Source of the DNA: Bacteroidota bacterium
Lineage (GTDB): Bacteria > Bacteroidota > Bacteroidia > Flavobacteriales > Flavobacteriaceae
Reading direction: 5' to 3'
Assembly (NCBI GenBank): GCA_022562895.1
Contig: JADFOK010000011.1
Location: forward strand, 10,851 to 74,850
Length of the DNA: 64,000 nucleotides
Shown: piece after piece, positions 10,650-21,436 of the stretch
Numbering within the stretch: position 1 is the first letter of the stretch
Layout: each line of letters starts with the position of its first letter
Program-made: the position numbers and the translations under genes
The notes under the pieces: model-generated
Told to the model about the DNA's origin: nothing
Database searches by the model: none
Seen by the model: only the letters and a program-made list of their open reading frames with translations

Positions 10650-12611
10650 TTACAAAACCCTATTTAATTTTTCTGAAAGAATTTTTTTAAGTGTTAAATA
10701 GTCTACTATGTCTTTTAGGCTATTTTCTTTTTGTTGTGTATCCAGTTCATTTATTTCTTCTGAAAGTTCATTTATTTTTTGAGAAACTAAATACCGCCTT
10801 AAGTTCAATATGGTCTCAGTTACTATTTGTGCAATAGAGTAATCTTTATCTTTTACATAAATATCCTTACTCTCCCAATTATCTAAGTGATACTTTTCAT
10901 CATCCATTAATAAATGGGTAACAGTTTCGGCTTTTTCAGGTTCTAACCGATTTATGAAATGATCCAATTGAAACTCTTGTTCTTGATTAAAACAAGTTAT
11001 TAAATCATGATATAATTCTTTAAGGTTTTCGTTTGTAAATTCTATTTCATCTTCCTGCAAATCGAGATAAATTTTTTCAAATACCTTTGCTTTTACAATT
11101 TCTGATTTAAAAATTATTTCTCCATTCTCATTCGTTTCAATAGTTACCTCCTCAAAATTTTCTTCATTAACTCCATACAATAAAAGTAACTCGATTAATT
11201 TTTTCTCTAACTTAAACTGAATATCTACTTTTTGAACTGGTTGTTTTTCTGAAGAAATTACATCAAAAGAATGAGTTGATTTTTTTGCTCTTTCCGATAA
11301 GTATCTTCTTTCTTTTTGAAGAATTTGCGCTAAAGTATTAAAGAGTACCTCTTCAGAAATATCCATAATACGAGAGCATTCTTTAACATACACTTCACGT
11401 TTTATTACATCTGGTATCTTGGCTATGCTTACCACCATATCACGTATGGTTTCGGCTTTTTTTATAGGATCGTTTTTCGTTTCGGAAGCCAATATAGAGG
11501 CTTTAAAATTGATGAAATCCTTTGTGTTTTCTTTTAAAAAATTAGTAAGTTTTTCAAAAGAGTTATTTTTAGCAAAACTATCTGGATCTTCTCCTTCCGG
11601 AAAGGTACATATTTTTACATTCATCCCCTGTTCAAGAATAAGGTCTATTCCTCGAAGAGAGGCTTTTAATCCGGCCGCATCACCATCAAAAAGTACTGTG
11701 ATATTTTTTGTTAAACGATTAACAAGCCGGATCTGTTCGTGCGTTAAAGCTGTCCCTGAAGAAGATACTACATTTTTTATCCCAGTTTGGTGAAATTGAA
11801 TGACATCTGTATAGCCTTCAACCAAATAACAATTATTTTCTTTTGCTATTTCTTGTTTGGCGTGGTAAATACCATACAACACTTTACTCTTGTGGTAAAT
11901 ATCACTCTCAGGCGAATTAAGGTATTTAGCAGCCTTTTTACCATTGGTTAATACTCTACCCCCAAAGCCCAATGTACGACCACTCATACTTAAAATTGGG
12001 AATATTACCCTATTTTTAAAACGATCGAATTGTTTTTCTTCTTTTACGATACTAAGTCCTGTTTTTTCTAAAAACTCAAGCTTATATCCCTCTTTTATTG
12101 CTGTATTTGTAAAGGCATCCCATTGATTTGGTGAATAACCTAGCATAAATTTCTCAATAGTTTCCTTTGTAAATCCACGTTCCTTAAAATAAGTAAGGCC
12201 AATAGCTTTACCTTCTTCTACTTTTAGTAATGTGTTATGAAAATATCTTTTAGCAAAATCACTTACCAAATATAAACTCTCACGTTCATCGGCTTGAAGT
12301 TTTTGTTCATTGGTTTGTTCGGTTTCTTCTACTTCTATTCCATATTTTTTTGCTAAATATTTTATGGCTTCTGGATAGGTAAAGTGTTCATGTTGCATCA
12401 AAAAAGAAATCACATTGCCTCCTTTTCCGCTTGAAAAATCCTTCCAGATTTGTTTCGCTGGAGAAACCATAAAACTGGGAGTACGCTCATCTGTAAATGG
12501 GCTTAGCGCTTTTAAATTACTTCCGGCTTTTTTTAATTGTACAAAATCCCCGATTACCTCCTCTAAACGGGTGGTTTCAAAGACTGTATCTATAGTAGTT
12601 CTTGATATCAA
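10650..12611 (-). CDS. dnaG: DNA primase
   Basis: DRFKNRVIFP, KYLNSPE, VEGYTDV, FDGDAAG TOPRIM motifs. Confidence 0.96.
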   Translation of the reverse strand: MISRTTIDTVFETTRLEEVIGDFVQLKKAGSNLKALSPFTDERTPSFMVSPAKQIWKDFSSGKGGNVISFLMQHEHFTYPEAIKYLAKKYGIEVEETEQTNEQKLQADERESLYLVSDFAKRYFHNTLLKVEEGKAIGLTYFKERGFTKETIEKFMLGYSPNQWDAFTNTAIKEGYKLEFLEKTGLSIVKEEKQFDRFKNRVIFPILSMSGRTLGFGGRVLTNGKKAAKYLNSPESDIYHKSKVLYGIYHAKQEIAKENNCYLVEGYTDVIQFHQTGIKNVVSSSGTALTHEQIRLVNRLTKNITVLFDGDAAGLKASLRGIDLILEQGMNVKICTFPEGEDPDSFAKNNSFEKLTNFLKENTKDFINFKASILASETKNDPIKKAETIRDMVVSIAKIPDVIKREVYVKECSRIMDISEEVLFNTLAQILQKERRYLSERAKKSTHSFDVISSEKQPVQKVDIQFKLEKKLIELLLLYGVNEENFEEVTIETNENGEIIFKSEIVKAKVFEKIYLDLQEDEIEFTNENLKELYHDLITCFNQEQEFQLDHFINRLEPEKAETVTHLLMDDEKYHLDNWESKDIYVKDKDYSIAQIVTETILNLRRYLVSQKINELSEEINELDTQQKENSLKDIVDYLTLKKILSEKLNRVL

Positions 12612-12705
12612 AGGGAATTATTTCAGAAAGTAAATCACACTAAACTATGAAACGTAAATGTAGTGAAAAAAAATCATCATTAGATATTATACTCTATCAA
12701 CAAAC

Positions 12706-13683
12706 TTACTTTTTTCGATCAATCACATAATTAACCATAAGCTCTAATGATTCTTTATAAAGAGTTGTGGGATACGATAACAAAAGAAGTAATGCTTGTT
12801 GTTGATATTCTTTCATTTTTGAAACAGCATAGTCCAGTCCGCCCTTGGATTTTACAAAAGCGATAACCTCTTTAACTCGTTTTCTATCTTTGTTATGATT
12901 TTTAATTGAATTAATAATCCAACTTTTTTCTTTTTCTGAACAATTATTAAGTGTATAAATTAGCGGAAGTGTCATCTTTTGTTCTTTGATATCGATACCG
13001 GTAGGTTTTCCTATTTTTTCTTCTCCATAATCAAAAAGATCATCTTTTATTTGAAATGCCATACCTATAAGTTCCCCAAACCGTCTCATAGTTTCAACCT
13101 CTTCTTTTGGTGCGTTAACAGATTGTGCGCCCATAGCACAACATGCAGCGATGAGGGTGGCTGTTTTTTGGCGTATAATATCAAAATACACATCTTCGGT
13201 TATATCTAGATTTCGTGCTTTTTCTATTTGCAGTAATTCTCCTTCGCTCATCTCTCTTATGGCAACCGATATTATTTTCAACAAATCAAAATCGCTATTA
13301 TCAATGGATAATAACAACCCTTTTGAAAATAGATAATCCCCCACTAATACGGCAATTTTGTTTTTCCAAAGGGCATTAATAGAAAAAAAACCTCGCCTCG
13401 TATTGCTTTCATCAACAACATCATCATGTACTAAAGTTGCTGTATGAATTAATTCTATTACAGAAGCACCACGATACGTACGGTCATTTACTTCACCATT
13501 ATTTGTCATCTTAGCAATAAGAAAAACAAACATAGGTCGCATTTGTTTTCCTTTACGGTTTACCACATAATGTGTAATACGGTTTAGAAGAGAAACTTTG
13601 GAAGACATTGAAAGTAGAAACTTTTTTTCAAAAAGTTCCATTTCATATTCAATAGGAAGTTTTATTTGTGAGACTATCTTCAT
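12706..13683 (-). CDS. Polyprenyl diphosphate synthase (IspB-like)
   Basis: GKQMRP, LVHDDVVD, FQIKDD aspartate-rich motifs. Confidence 0.93.
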   Translation of the reverse strand: MKIVSQIKLPIEYEMELFEKKFLLSMSSKVSLLNRITHYVVNRKGKQMRPMFVFLIAKMTNNGEVNDRTYRGASVIELIHTATLVHDDVVDESNTRRGFFSINALWKNKIAVLVGDYLFSKGLLLSIDNSDFDLLKIISVAIREMSEGELLQIEKARNLDITEDVYFDIIRQKTATLIAACCAMGAQSVNAPKEEVETMRRFGELIGMAFQIKDDLFDYGEEKIGKPTGIDIKEQKMTLPLIYTLNNCSEKEKSWIINSIKNHNKDRKRVKEVIAFVKSKGGLDYAVSKMKEYQQQALLLLLSYPTTLYKESLELMVNYVIDRKK

Positions 13684-13734
13684 TCAAAATTCAAAAATAA
13701 GTTAAATTAGAAAGTATTAAAATTATATACATAA

Positions 13735-16278
13735 TTATTTAGCTGTTGATACAATTTTATTTCTATAAAGTGATATATCAATGCATTTTTCCATCTCATT
13801 TTTTTTCAAATCGATACCTAAAAAAGATTGAATTTTATCAATTGCAACATTAGGATGATCAAGAACATCTTTATAATCAATATAAATTAATTCTACTCCA
13901 GGCTCTTTATTTTTCCATATTTCTATAGATTCTAATTGTTTTCTAAAAGCATTGTATAGACTTACAGGGAATATATCCGGATTTTTTCCAATCATTTTTT
14001 GTTGGGATTTAATTATCTCGTCTAAATTTCGTTTCATGAAAATGATTTTATACCTGTATTTGAAATCTAAATGTTTTAATAAAGGTGCTACAATTTTTAC
14101 AGATTTATCCTTGGCTTGATCAAGCCAAGAATTATCTTTGTGTATAGACTTTACCGGTTCAAATTCATAATAACCTTTTGGGTTCGACTCATCTGCTTTT
14201 CGTTTCTGGTCAACTAATGAATCTAACCCTCCTTTATCAAGCATCTGCATCATTAACGAAGTACCGGATCTTGGTAAACCCGATACAATTACAATTTGTT
14301 CTTTTCTATATTTGTACTGTATTTTATCCCTTAATTTTAAAGGTGTAGTGATTTTTTCTACGATATTTTCAAGAGCCTTCTCTGCTTTATGATATGTTTT
14401 TGCTTTAAGTGTCGTAGCTGTTTTAAAAGCAATTTTTGCATTTTCAAGGTCTCCCAATTTTTCTAATGCTCTTCCTAACATATAATGAGCAGCTGGAAAA
14501 TACTTAACCAACTCTATACTTGTAAATGCATGTTCAGCAGATTCTTGATATTCTTTTAACTCAAAAAGGGCTTCTGAAATTCCTCTATGGTATTTCGCTT
14601 TATCGGATTCTATCTCTATAGCATTTTCAAAGGCTTTTTGAGCCTCTTTAAAATTTTCAAGTGTCAAATTAACACTACCTATTCTGAACCATACCTCTGC
14701 ATTAGGTTTTCTGTTCTTAGCATCTATTAATACTTTTAATGCTTTACGATTATATCCTTTTCCTGCTAATATTTGTGCTTCGATAAAGTATGTGTTGTAA
14801 TTTACTTTGGTTTTAATCTTGTTAAATTCTGTAAAATATTTTTCTGCGTCATTAAAATTTTCTAATCCCAAATTTACATTTATAAGGTCTAAATAATATG
14901 GGGCTACGTCTATAGGGTCTTCTTCTTCAATTAAATCTAATAAAAGCTCTTTTGCTTTTTCAAAATCTTTTTTCCCCAAATAGACACGGGCAAGATTGTG
15001 TTTTAAATCACATTTAGTTTTGTGAATAGCCGTTTCAATTTTCTCATCAGGACGTTCAATATATCCTAATTCAATCAGTTGTTCCATCGTTTCCTCATCT
15101 GAGAAATTATCCTCAACTTCTTCTTTTTTTAATTCGGCAAAATCTCCCTTCACATCTTCCCAACTCTCAATATATTTTGGAGGCTTTGTATCTATAAATA
15201 TATCCAAAATTACCTTTCCGTCCATATCCTTGCCTACGGGAAGACCGAAATGATGAAGCACTGTTGGTGCTATATCAATTAAACTAAGTCCAAATATTTT
15301 TTCATTCTTTTTAATATTGGGACCACTTGCCACAAAAATTCCGAACTGCCTATGATCTAAAGCAGGTGCTGCAGCAACCTTTGGCATTTTTAATATTCGT
15401 TTGTTACCAGACTCAAAACCATGGTCCGACATGATTATTACTGTAGTATCCTCATCTATTAAATCAAGAACCCTCCCTAACATCATATCCTGGAAACGAT
15501 AAGCTCCTACAACAGCATCTTTAAAAATATCAAATTGGTCTTGAGAAATTCTGGAAAGTTTTGGAGGATGGTATTTCATAAAAGAATGGCAAAAGTGATC
15601 TATCAAATCAAAATATATTGCCATAAAATCCCATTTGGATTTTCGTAATAAATAAGTAGAAGCATTGTGTACGGAAACATTTTGAGACATTATTTTGGAA
15701 AACTCCCTGAGTCCACTTTTTTTATCTTCTTGATTTATTTTAGCTGCTTTGGGTATAATAGGGAGTATGTGCTCTTTCGTAATTTCAAAAGGGAACATTC
15801 TCAAATCTTTTAGTTCGTTTATTAAATGTTTGGGGTGAATGGTGCCCTCAACAATTCCAGTTGATTTAGTAGGATCTGCACTTACCCTTTGAAATTTATC
15901 AGAGACAACTACCCCATTAATAGGTTCTGCCGGGAAACTGGGCCACCAACCCACAATATTACTTTTAAAACCTTGATTATGCAGAATATTCCATATGGCT
16001 CTAGATTTTCTTGAATTTGTTGTTACCGGCCTAAGACCCTTTTTATTCGGTAATACTTCAATAAAACCTAATACACCATGTTTATCCGGTGTTTTACCGG
16101 TGGCGACAGAACTCCACAGCATAGGGCTATAAGGTGGGTTCATGGTACTCATGTTACCATACACTCCAGTATCAATCATTTTTTTTAAAGAAGGCATTAA
16201 CCCTTTAGCCAACAAAGGCCCTATTATTTTCCAGTCAGCCGCATCCCAGCCAATCAATAGCAATTTATTTTTTATCAT
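13735..16278 (-). CDS. Alkaline phosphatase/nucleotide pyrophosphatase-fold + TPR + PAPS-dependent sulfotransferase fusion
   Basis: N-term IGWDAADW, SPMLWSSVATGK, DLIDHFCH, SDHGF; central helical TPR-like repeats; C-term SGLPRSGTS and MKRNLDEIIKS; no signal peptide. Confidence 0.85.
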   Translation of the reverse strand: MIKNKLLLIGWDAADWKIIGPLLAKGLMPSLKKMIDTGVYGNMSTMNPPYSPMLWSSVATGKTPDKHGVLGFIEVLPNKKGLRPVTTNSRKSRAIWNILHNQGFKSNIVGWWPSFPAEPINGVVVSDKFQRVSADPTKSTGIVEGTIHPKHLINELKDLRMFPFEITKEHILPIIPKAAKINQEDKKSGLREFSKIMSQNVSVHNASTYLLRKSKWDFMAIYFDLIDHFCHSFMKYHPPKLSRISQDQFDIFKDAVVGAYRFQDMMLGRVLDLIDEDTTVIIMSDHGFESGNKRILKMPKVAAAPALDHRQFGIFVASGPNIKKNEKIFGLSLIDIAPTVLHHFGLPVGKDMDGKVILDIFIDTKPPKYIESWEDVKGDFAELKKEEVEDNFSDEETMEQLIELGYIERPDEKIETAIHKTKCDLKHNLARVYLGKKDFEKAKELLLDLIEEEDPIDVAPYYLDLINVNLGLENFNDAEKYFTEFNKIKTKVNYNTYFIEAQILAGKGYNRKALKVLIDAKNRKPNAEVWFRIGSVNLTLENFKEAQKAFENAIEIESDKAKYHRGISEALFELKEYQESAEHAFTSIELVKYFPAAHYMLGRALEKLGDLENAKIAFKTATTLKAKTYHKAEKALENIVEKITTPLKLRDKIQYKYRKEQIVIVSGLPRSGTSLMMQMLDKGGLDSLVDQKRKADESNPKGYYEFEPVKSIHKDNSWLDQAKDKSVKIVAPLLKHLDFKYRYKIIFMKRNLDEIIKSQQKMIGKNPDIFPVSLYNAFRKQLESIEIWKNKEPGVELIYIDYKDVLDHPNVAIDKIQSFLGIDLKKNEMEKCIDISLYRNKIVSTAK

Positions 16279-16528
16279 TTTCTTTTTTTCGGGATTCTTT
16301 TTTTATTTTTCTCCATGCCGTAAATGCAAGATCACCAAAAGCCAATAAGCCCAAAGAGCCATCAATTGGAATCTTGGAAAAGTCTATTTTTTTTTTCTTC
16401 ACTTTAAAAATATTTTTGTTTTATAACTTGAATTATACTACATTTATATTTGTATTTACTTTAAACCATATAGTTAATTTTTTTTTTTTCATAAAACAAC
16501 AAAAGTTAACTAATAAAACCATAAAATT

Positions 16529-17326
16529 ATGACAAAAATTACTAAAAACAGTTTTTCAAAAAAATTAGCTAAGTATAGTGCATTATCGCTTGCCATAGCT
16601 GGAGTTGCTAATGCTTCAGGACAGATAGTTTATACCGATGTTGATCCAGACTTTATAGGTGGATTAGGTGATACTTATGCTATCGATTTCGATGGAGATG
16701 GCATAATTGATCTTAATATAGTACAATCCAATAACGGTGCTTATGAGATTATACATGCTGCCCCTACAGGCACAAATGGTGTTCTTGCAGATGTAATTGG
16801 GGCTTACACTTACGCTTCTAACCTTTCATATGGGGCGGTTATTAGTTCTGGACTAACGTTTCAAAGTTTTGGTGATTGTTGCGCTGGTATAGGATATGCT
16901 GGAAGCCAATTTTGTGGTTCAGTGGACGCTTTTTTTGGTGTAGAGTTTGACCTTAGTGGCGGCACTCATTATGGATGGATTCGAGTAGATATTGCAGATA
17001 ACTCAAACTATGTAGTTAAAGATTTTGCTTATGAATCAACTGCTGGAGATCCAATTAATGCAGGAGAAACAGACCCTTTAGCTATTGATGATTTTGCAAC
17101 CAGCAACTTCAATTATTTTATAGACACCAACAGCCTGTTAAATCTATTGGCCGCCTCTAATATGGAGAGCGTTCAACTATTTAATATTCTTGGACAACAA
17201 GTTATTTCTCAGAAATTATCAAACATGAATGAAGTAATTGATATGTCTGCTTTAAAATCTGGAGTTTATTTTGCAAAAGTTACCATAAATGGAAATAACA
17301 AATCTTTTAAATTAGTAAAGAAATAA
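16529..17326 (+). CDS. Small secreted protein with T9SS C-terminal sorting domain
   Basis: Signal-like leader KKLAKYSALSLAIAGVANA; CTD LFNILGQQV...LKSGVYFAKV...KLVKK. Confidence 0.85.
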   Translation: MTKITKNSFSKKLAKYSALSLAIAGVANASGQIVYTDVDPDFIGGLGDTYAIDFDGDGIIDLNIVQSNNGAYEIIHAAPTGTNGVLADVIGAYTYASNLSYGAVISSGLTFQSFGDCCAGIGYAGSQFCGSVDAFFGVEFDLSGGTHYGWIRVDIADNSNYVVKDFAYESTAGDPINAGETDPLAIDDFATSNFNYFIDTNSLLNLLAASNMESVQLFNILGQQVISQKLSNMNEVIDMSALKSGVYFAKVTINGNNKSFKLVKK

Positions 17327-17354
17327 GAATTTTTTATTTTTAATAATTTAATTT

Positions 17355-17378
17355 AAAGAGCGACAAATGTCGCTCTTT
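17355..17378. terminator. Bidirectional intrinsic terminator
   Basis: Perfect hairpin AAAGAGCGAC-AAAT-GTCGCTCTTT between convergent genes. Confidence 0.85.
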
Positions 17379-17380
17379 TT

Positions 17381-18421
17381 TTAATGCTTATTTGCTAGCT
17401 GTCCACAAGCAGCATCTATATCTTTTCCCCGGCTTCGTCTAACAGTAACCGGAATCCTGTTTTTTTCTAATGCATTAATATAGGCTTCTATAGATTTAGT
17501 GGAAGCCTGTTTAAAATCGTCGTCATCAATTGAATTATACTCAATCAGGTTAACTTTACAGGGAACCTTTTTACAGTATCTTAAAAAGGCATCGATATGA
17601 TCATCATTATCATTTATTCCCTCCCAGATAATGTATTCATACGTAATTCTTCGTTTTGTTTTTGTATACCAATAGATTAAAGATTCAAGCAAATCTTTTA
17701 AATTAAGCTTGTCAGCAAAGGGCATGATTTGTTCTCGAGTTTCTTGTATTGCCGAATGTAATGAAACAGCCAGATTAAATTTAACTTTGTCATCGGCTAG
17801 TTTTTTAATCATTTTTGGCACCCCTGAAGTCGATAATGTAATGCGTTTTGGTGACATCCCTAATCCTTCTTTAGAGGTTATTTTTTCTATCGCATTAATA
17901 ACATTTTTATAATTCATTAACGGTTCACCCATTCCCATAAAAACCACATTAGAAAGTGGTCTTGAATGGTACAATCTACTTTCTTTGTCAATCGCCATTA
18001 CCTGATCGAAAATTTCATCGGGATTAAGGTTTCTCATTTTCTTTAAACGAGCAGTAGCACAAAATTTACAATCTAGGCTACATCCAACCTGAGAAGATAC
18101 ACAGGCAGTTGTTCTTGTTTTTGTAGGAATTAATACGGACTCTACTATGAGACCGTCGTGAAGTTTAACTGCATTTTTTATAGTACCATCTTTGCTTTTT
18201 TGTATGCTATCTACTTCTATATGATTTATCACAAAATGTTCTTGTAATAATATACGTTTATCCTTTGAGATATTAGTCATATCCTCAAAGTGATGAGCTC
18301 CTTTTGTCCAAAGCCATTCATAGACCTGGTTTCCTCTATAGGCTTTATCACCAATGCCTTCAAAAAAATCCCTTATTTCTTTTTTTGATAGAGCCCGTAT
18401 GTCTTTCTTTTTAGAAATCAT
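17381..18421 (-). CDS. rlmN: Dual-specificity RNA methyltransferase RlmN
   Basis: CVSSQVGCSLDCKFC radical SAM motif, FMGMGEP, DIDAACGQL. Confidence 0.97.
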   Translation of the reverse strand: MISKKKDIRALSKKEIRDFFEGIGDKAYRGNQVYEWLWTKGAHHFEDMTNISKDKRILLQEHFVINHIEVDSIQKSKDGTIKNAVKLHDGLIVESVLIPTKTRTTACVSSQVGCSLDCKFCATARLKKMRNLNPDEIFDQVMAIDKESRLYHSRPLSNVVFMGMGEPLMNYKNVINAIEKITSKEGLGMSPKRITLSTSGVPKMIKKLADDKVKFNLAVSLHSAIQETREQIMPFADKLNLKDLLESLIYWYTKTKRRITYEYIIWEGINDNDDHIDAFLRYCKKVPCKVNLIEYNSIDDDDFKQASTKSIEAYINALEKNRIPVTVRRSRGKDIDAACGQLANKH

Positions 18422-18463
18422 TTGAGTGCAAAAATATCATATTTGAAATATATATAAATAATA

Positions 18464-18492
18464 AAGCCTCTTTAATAAAAAAAAAGAGGCTT
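18464..18492 (-). terminator. Intrinsic terminator after T9SS protease gene
   Basis: AAGCCTCTTT...AAAGAGGCTT inverted repeat 21 nt past the stop. Confidence 0.65.
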
Positions 18493-18513
18493 AAAAGTTT
18501 ATTTTTAAATTTA

Positions 18514-20184
18514 TTATCGTTTGATAATAATTTTTTTTGTTATATCTGCTTTACTATCTTTATCGATAAGGTGAAGAAAATATATTCCTTCACTAAGGGT
18601 TTCCACATTAATTTCATTAAAAGTATTAGAAATATTTCCTTTCATTAACTGTTGACCAACAACATTATAAAAACGATATACCAGATTAGGATACCTGCCA
18701 TTCATAATTGTAATTACTGTACTTGCCGGATTTGGGTAGATATCTAAATTTCCTGTAATTTCATTATCTGGAATACTCAATATATTCCGAATACTTTCGG
18801 TAGTAGATTGTCCAGTACCTAAAGGATCAAGCCAATCTATTAATCGTGTATCAGAAGTAGTGCCCGTATTCCAGGAAACACCAAATCTTCCGTAAATATC
18901 ATAATCATTGTTGTTCTGTGTACCAATACAAAAAGATTGTCCTGCATATAATTGTCCAATAATTCTTCCTTCCTGATTAAACAGTGGAGATCCTGATGAA
19001 CCACTTTCGGTGGTTCCAATTTCCCACCCATCACCGGTGCCTACAGATATTCCACCAATTAGCCATATCTCAGTACCATTGGCATTTTCCTTAACGGCTC
19101 CAGAATCATCCCTGCATATTTTCATAATATCACCATTAGGATGGTGAATTCCAACTTCAAATATTGGTAAATCTTCAGAGTTATCCCACCCTGCAAATGT
19201 CACATCCCATGATTCAGGAATATAATTGTGAAGCTGTACAAGAGCAAAATCACTAAGTGAATTATTAGCTTTTATATCTGCACCACTCATAGTAAAATTA
19301 GACTGTATGTCTGTACTATCATCTCCAAGACCACAAACAGGACTCGGACTCATCCAATTAAAACGAACCGACCAAAATGATGGGTCACTATTTTCTAAAC
19401 AATGGTTTGAAGTGAGCAGATAAGGTGTCTTATCTCCAGCAGTTGTATTTATCAATGATGCGGAACACAAATACCCATTCCCCAAATTAAGCAAAGCCAC
19501 AGCCTTTTTTACAATATCTTTTTTTACATCAAAATCATTTCCTATGGGACAGTTTACATCATAATTACAATCCCCTGAATCGTTTAATCCTCTAATAACC
19601 TCTGCTAGTCTATTTACTCTTCCCATTCGATAGCCATGAATAATACTTCCTATTTCTAAATGTACACTCTCATTCACATAAGCTGGTTCATAATACTCTA
19701 TCCAAATAATATCGCCTCTAATAAACCAAGAACCTAAAAGCTTATTATCTCGATTTTGATTTTTCGAATAGGTTCGGGAAATATCGGTGCGGTCATCGTT
19801 ATAAAGATGTAATTTTGAGCCGGTTGGTAAATAAAAATCGTTAAAGTTAACACTCAAATTAATTGCATCTGGTGATTTTATAGCTATTTGCCAGATCTTA
19901 GCGCCACCGGGTAATGTAGTCCATACCCCATCATGTTCTATATCCAATACCAACTGGCGAGTAATGCCATACCGCCAGGGCAGACTTTTATCCAGGTCAT
20001 TTATACTATCTTCAATGGCAATTCCTTCAATATTTAAGGGAGGAAGCTCTATTGGGATTATTCTAGAATTGTTATTTATCCCGAAGTCTCGTGACCAACT
20101 AAAAGGCAATTCTCCTTCAATATCTTGAGAAAAAGACATAAAAAAAGGAACGAATAAAAAAAATAAAAGTGTAATCTTTTTCAT
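18514..20184 (-). CDS. T9SS-secreted trypsin-like (lysyl endopeptidase family) serine protease
   Basis: Signal peptide, long prodomain, triad TSNHC / SDFAL / GSSGSP, CTD IYPNPA...LSEGIYFL. Confidence 0.9.
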   Translation of the reverse strand: MKKITLLFFLFVPFFMSFSQDIEGELPFSWSRDFGINNNSRIIPIELPPLNIEGIAIEDSINDLDKSLPWRYGITRQLVLDIEHDGVWTTLPGGAKIWQIAIKSPDAINLSVNFNDFYLPTGSKLHLYNDDRTDISRTYSKNQNRDNKLLGSWFIRGDIIWIEYYEPAYVNESVHLEIGSIIHGYRMGRVNRLAEVIRGLNDSGDCNYDVNCPIGNDFDVKKDIVKKAVALLNLGNGYLCSASLINTTAGDKTPYLLTSNHCLENSDPSFWSVRFNWMSPSPVCGLGDDSTDIQSNFTMSGADIKANNSLSDFALVQLHNYIPESWDVTFAGWDNSEDLPIFEVGIHHPNGDIMKICRDDSGAVKENANGTEIWLIGGISVGTGDGWEIGTTESGSSGSPLFNQEGRIIGQLYAGQSFCIGTQNNNDYDIYGRFGVSWNTGTTSDTRLIDWLDPLGTGQSTTESIRNILSIPDNEITGNLDIYPNPASTVITIMNGRYPNLVYRFYNVVGQQLMKGNISNTFNEINVETLSEGIYFLHLIDKDSKADITKKIIIKR

Positions 20185-20303
20185 TCAATTATAGGTTAGT
20201 AATTACTATAAGGATACTAAGGTACCTTATTATTTTGATATTTGAAAATCAAATTGTTACAAAAAAAATAGTTCTGATTTTTTATCAGGATTATTTTTTA
20301 TTT

Positions 20304-21359
20304 TTAGAGAATTAACATAGCATCTCCATAGGTATAAAATCGATATTTTTCTTTAATCGCTTCAGCATATGCTTCTTTAATAAATTCATAGCCTGCAAAT
20401 GCAGAAACCATCATTAATAAAGTTGATCTTGGGGTGTGAAAATTTGATATCATCATATTTGCAATACTGAAGTCGTAAGGTGGAAAAAAAAATCTGTGGG
20501 TCCATCCCGAATATGCATTTAATGTTCTATTAGATGAGACCGAACTCTCTAATGTTCTCATAACTGTCGTTCCAACAGCACAAACACGTCTTTTGTTTTT
20601 TAAAGCCGTATTAATAATTTTTTCAGCCATTTCATCTATAACAATTTCTTCAGAGTCCATTTTATGTTTTGATAAATCTTCAACATCAACCGGACTAAAC
20701 GTTCCTAGACCAACATGAAGAGTGACCTCAGCGAAGTTAACACCCATAATTTCAAGACGTTTTAGCAAATGTTTAGAAAAGTGTAAACCTGCAGTTGGTG
20801 CCGCAACAGCACCTTCATTTTTAGCAAAAATGGTTTGATATCTTTCAGTGTCTTCTGGTTCTACATCTCTCTTTATATACTTAGGCAGAGGTGTTTCTCC
20901 TAAATCGGTTAATTTTTTACGGAATTCTTCATAAGGCCCGTCAAACAAAAATCTAAGGGTTCTACCTCTGGAAGTAGTATTGTCGATAACTTCTGCAACA
21001 AGGGACTCGTCTTCACCAAAATAAAGTTTGTTTCCTATTCTTATTTTACGTGCCGGATCCACTAAAACATCCCAAAGTCGAGTTTCGGCATTTAATTCTC
21101 GTAATAAAAATACTTCGATACGGGCGCCTGTTTTTTCTTTATTCCCAAATAATCTTGCGGGGAAAACTTTAGTATTATTAAGTACCAAAACATCATCTTC
21201 TTCAAAATAATCTATTAGATCCTTAAACATTTTATGCTCAATAGTTTGTTTTTCTTTAGAAAGAACCATTAAACGAGCCTCATCTCTATTAGTTGCAGGG
21301 TATTCGGCTAATAATTTTTCCGGTAGATTAAAATTAAATTTAGAAAGTTTCATTCCCAT
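20304..21359 (-). CDS. queA: S-adenosylmethionine:tRNA ribosyltransferase-isomerase
   Basis: [37 protein letters not shown]. Confidence 0.97.
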   Translation of the reverse strand: MGMKLSKFNFNLPEKLLAEYPATNRDEARLMVLSKEKQTIEHKMFKDLIDYFEEDDVLVLNNTKVFPARLFGNKEKTGARIEVFLLRELNAETRLWDVLVDPARKIRIGNKLYFGEDESLVAEVIDNTTSRGRTLRFLFDGPYEEFRKKLTDLGETPLPKYIKRDVEPEDTERYQTIFAKNEGAVAAPTAGLHFSKHLLKRLEIMGVNFAEVTLHVGLGTFSPVDVEDLSKHKMDSEEIVIDEMAEKIINTALKNKRRVCAVGTTVMRTLESSVSSNRTLNAYSGWTHRFFFPPYDFSIANMMISNFHTPRSTLLMMVSAFAGYEFIKEAYAEAIKEKYRFYTYGDAMLIL

Positions 21360-21436
21360 AATAAGTGTATTTTTAGCTTATAAAAGGCGCAAATGTACAA
21401 CCTCAATATAGGGGTTGTCAAGTAAATGGAGGTTTA

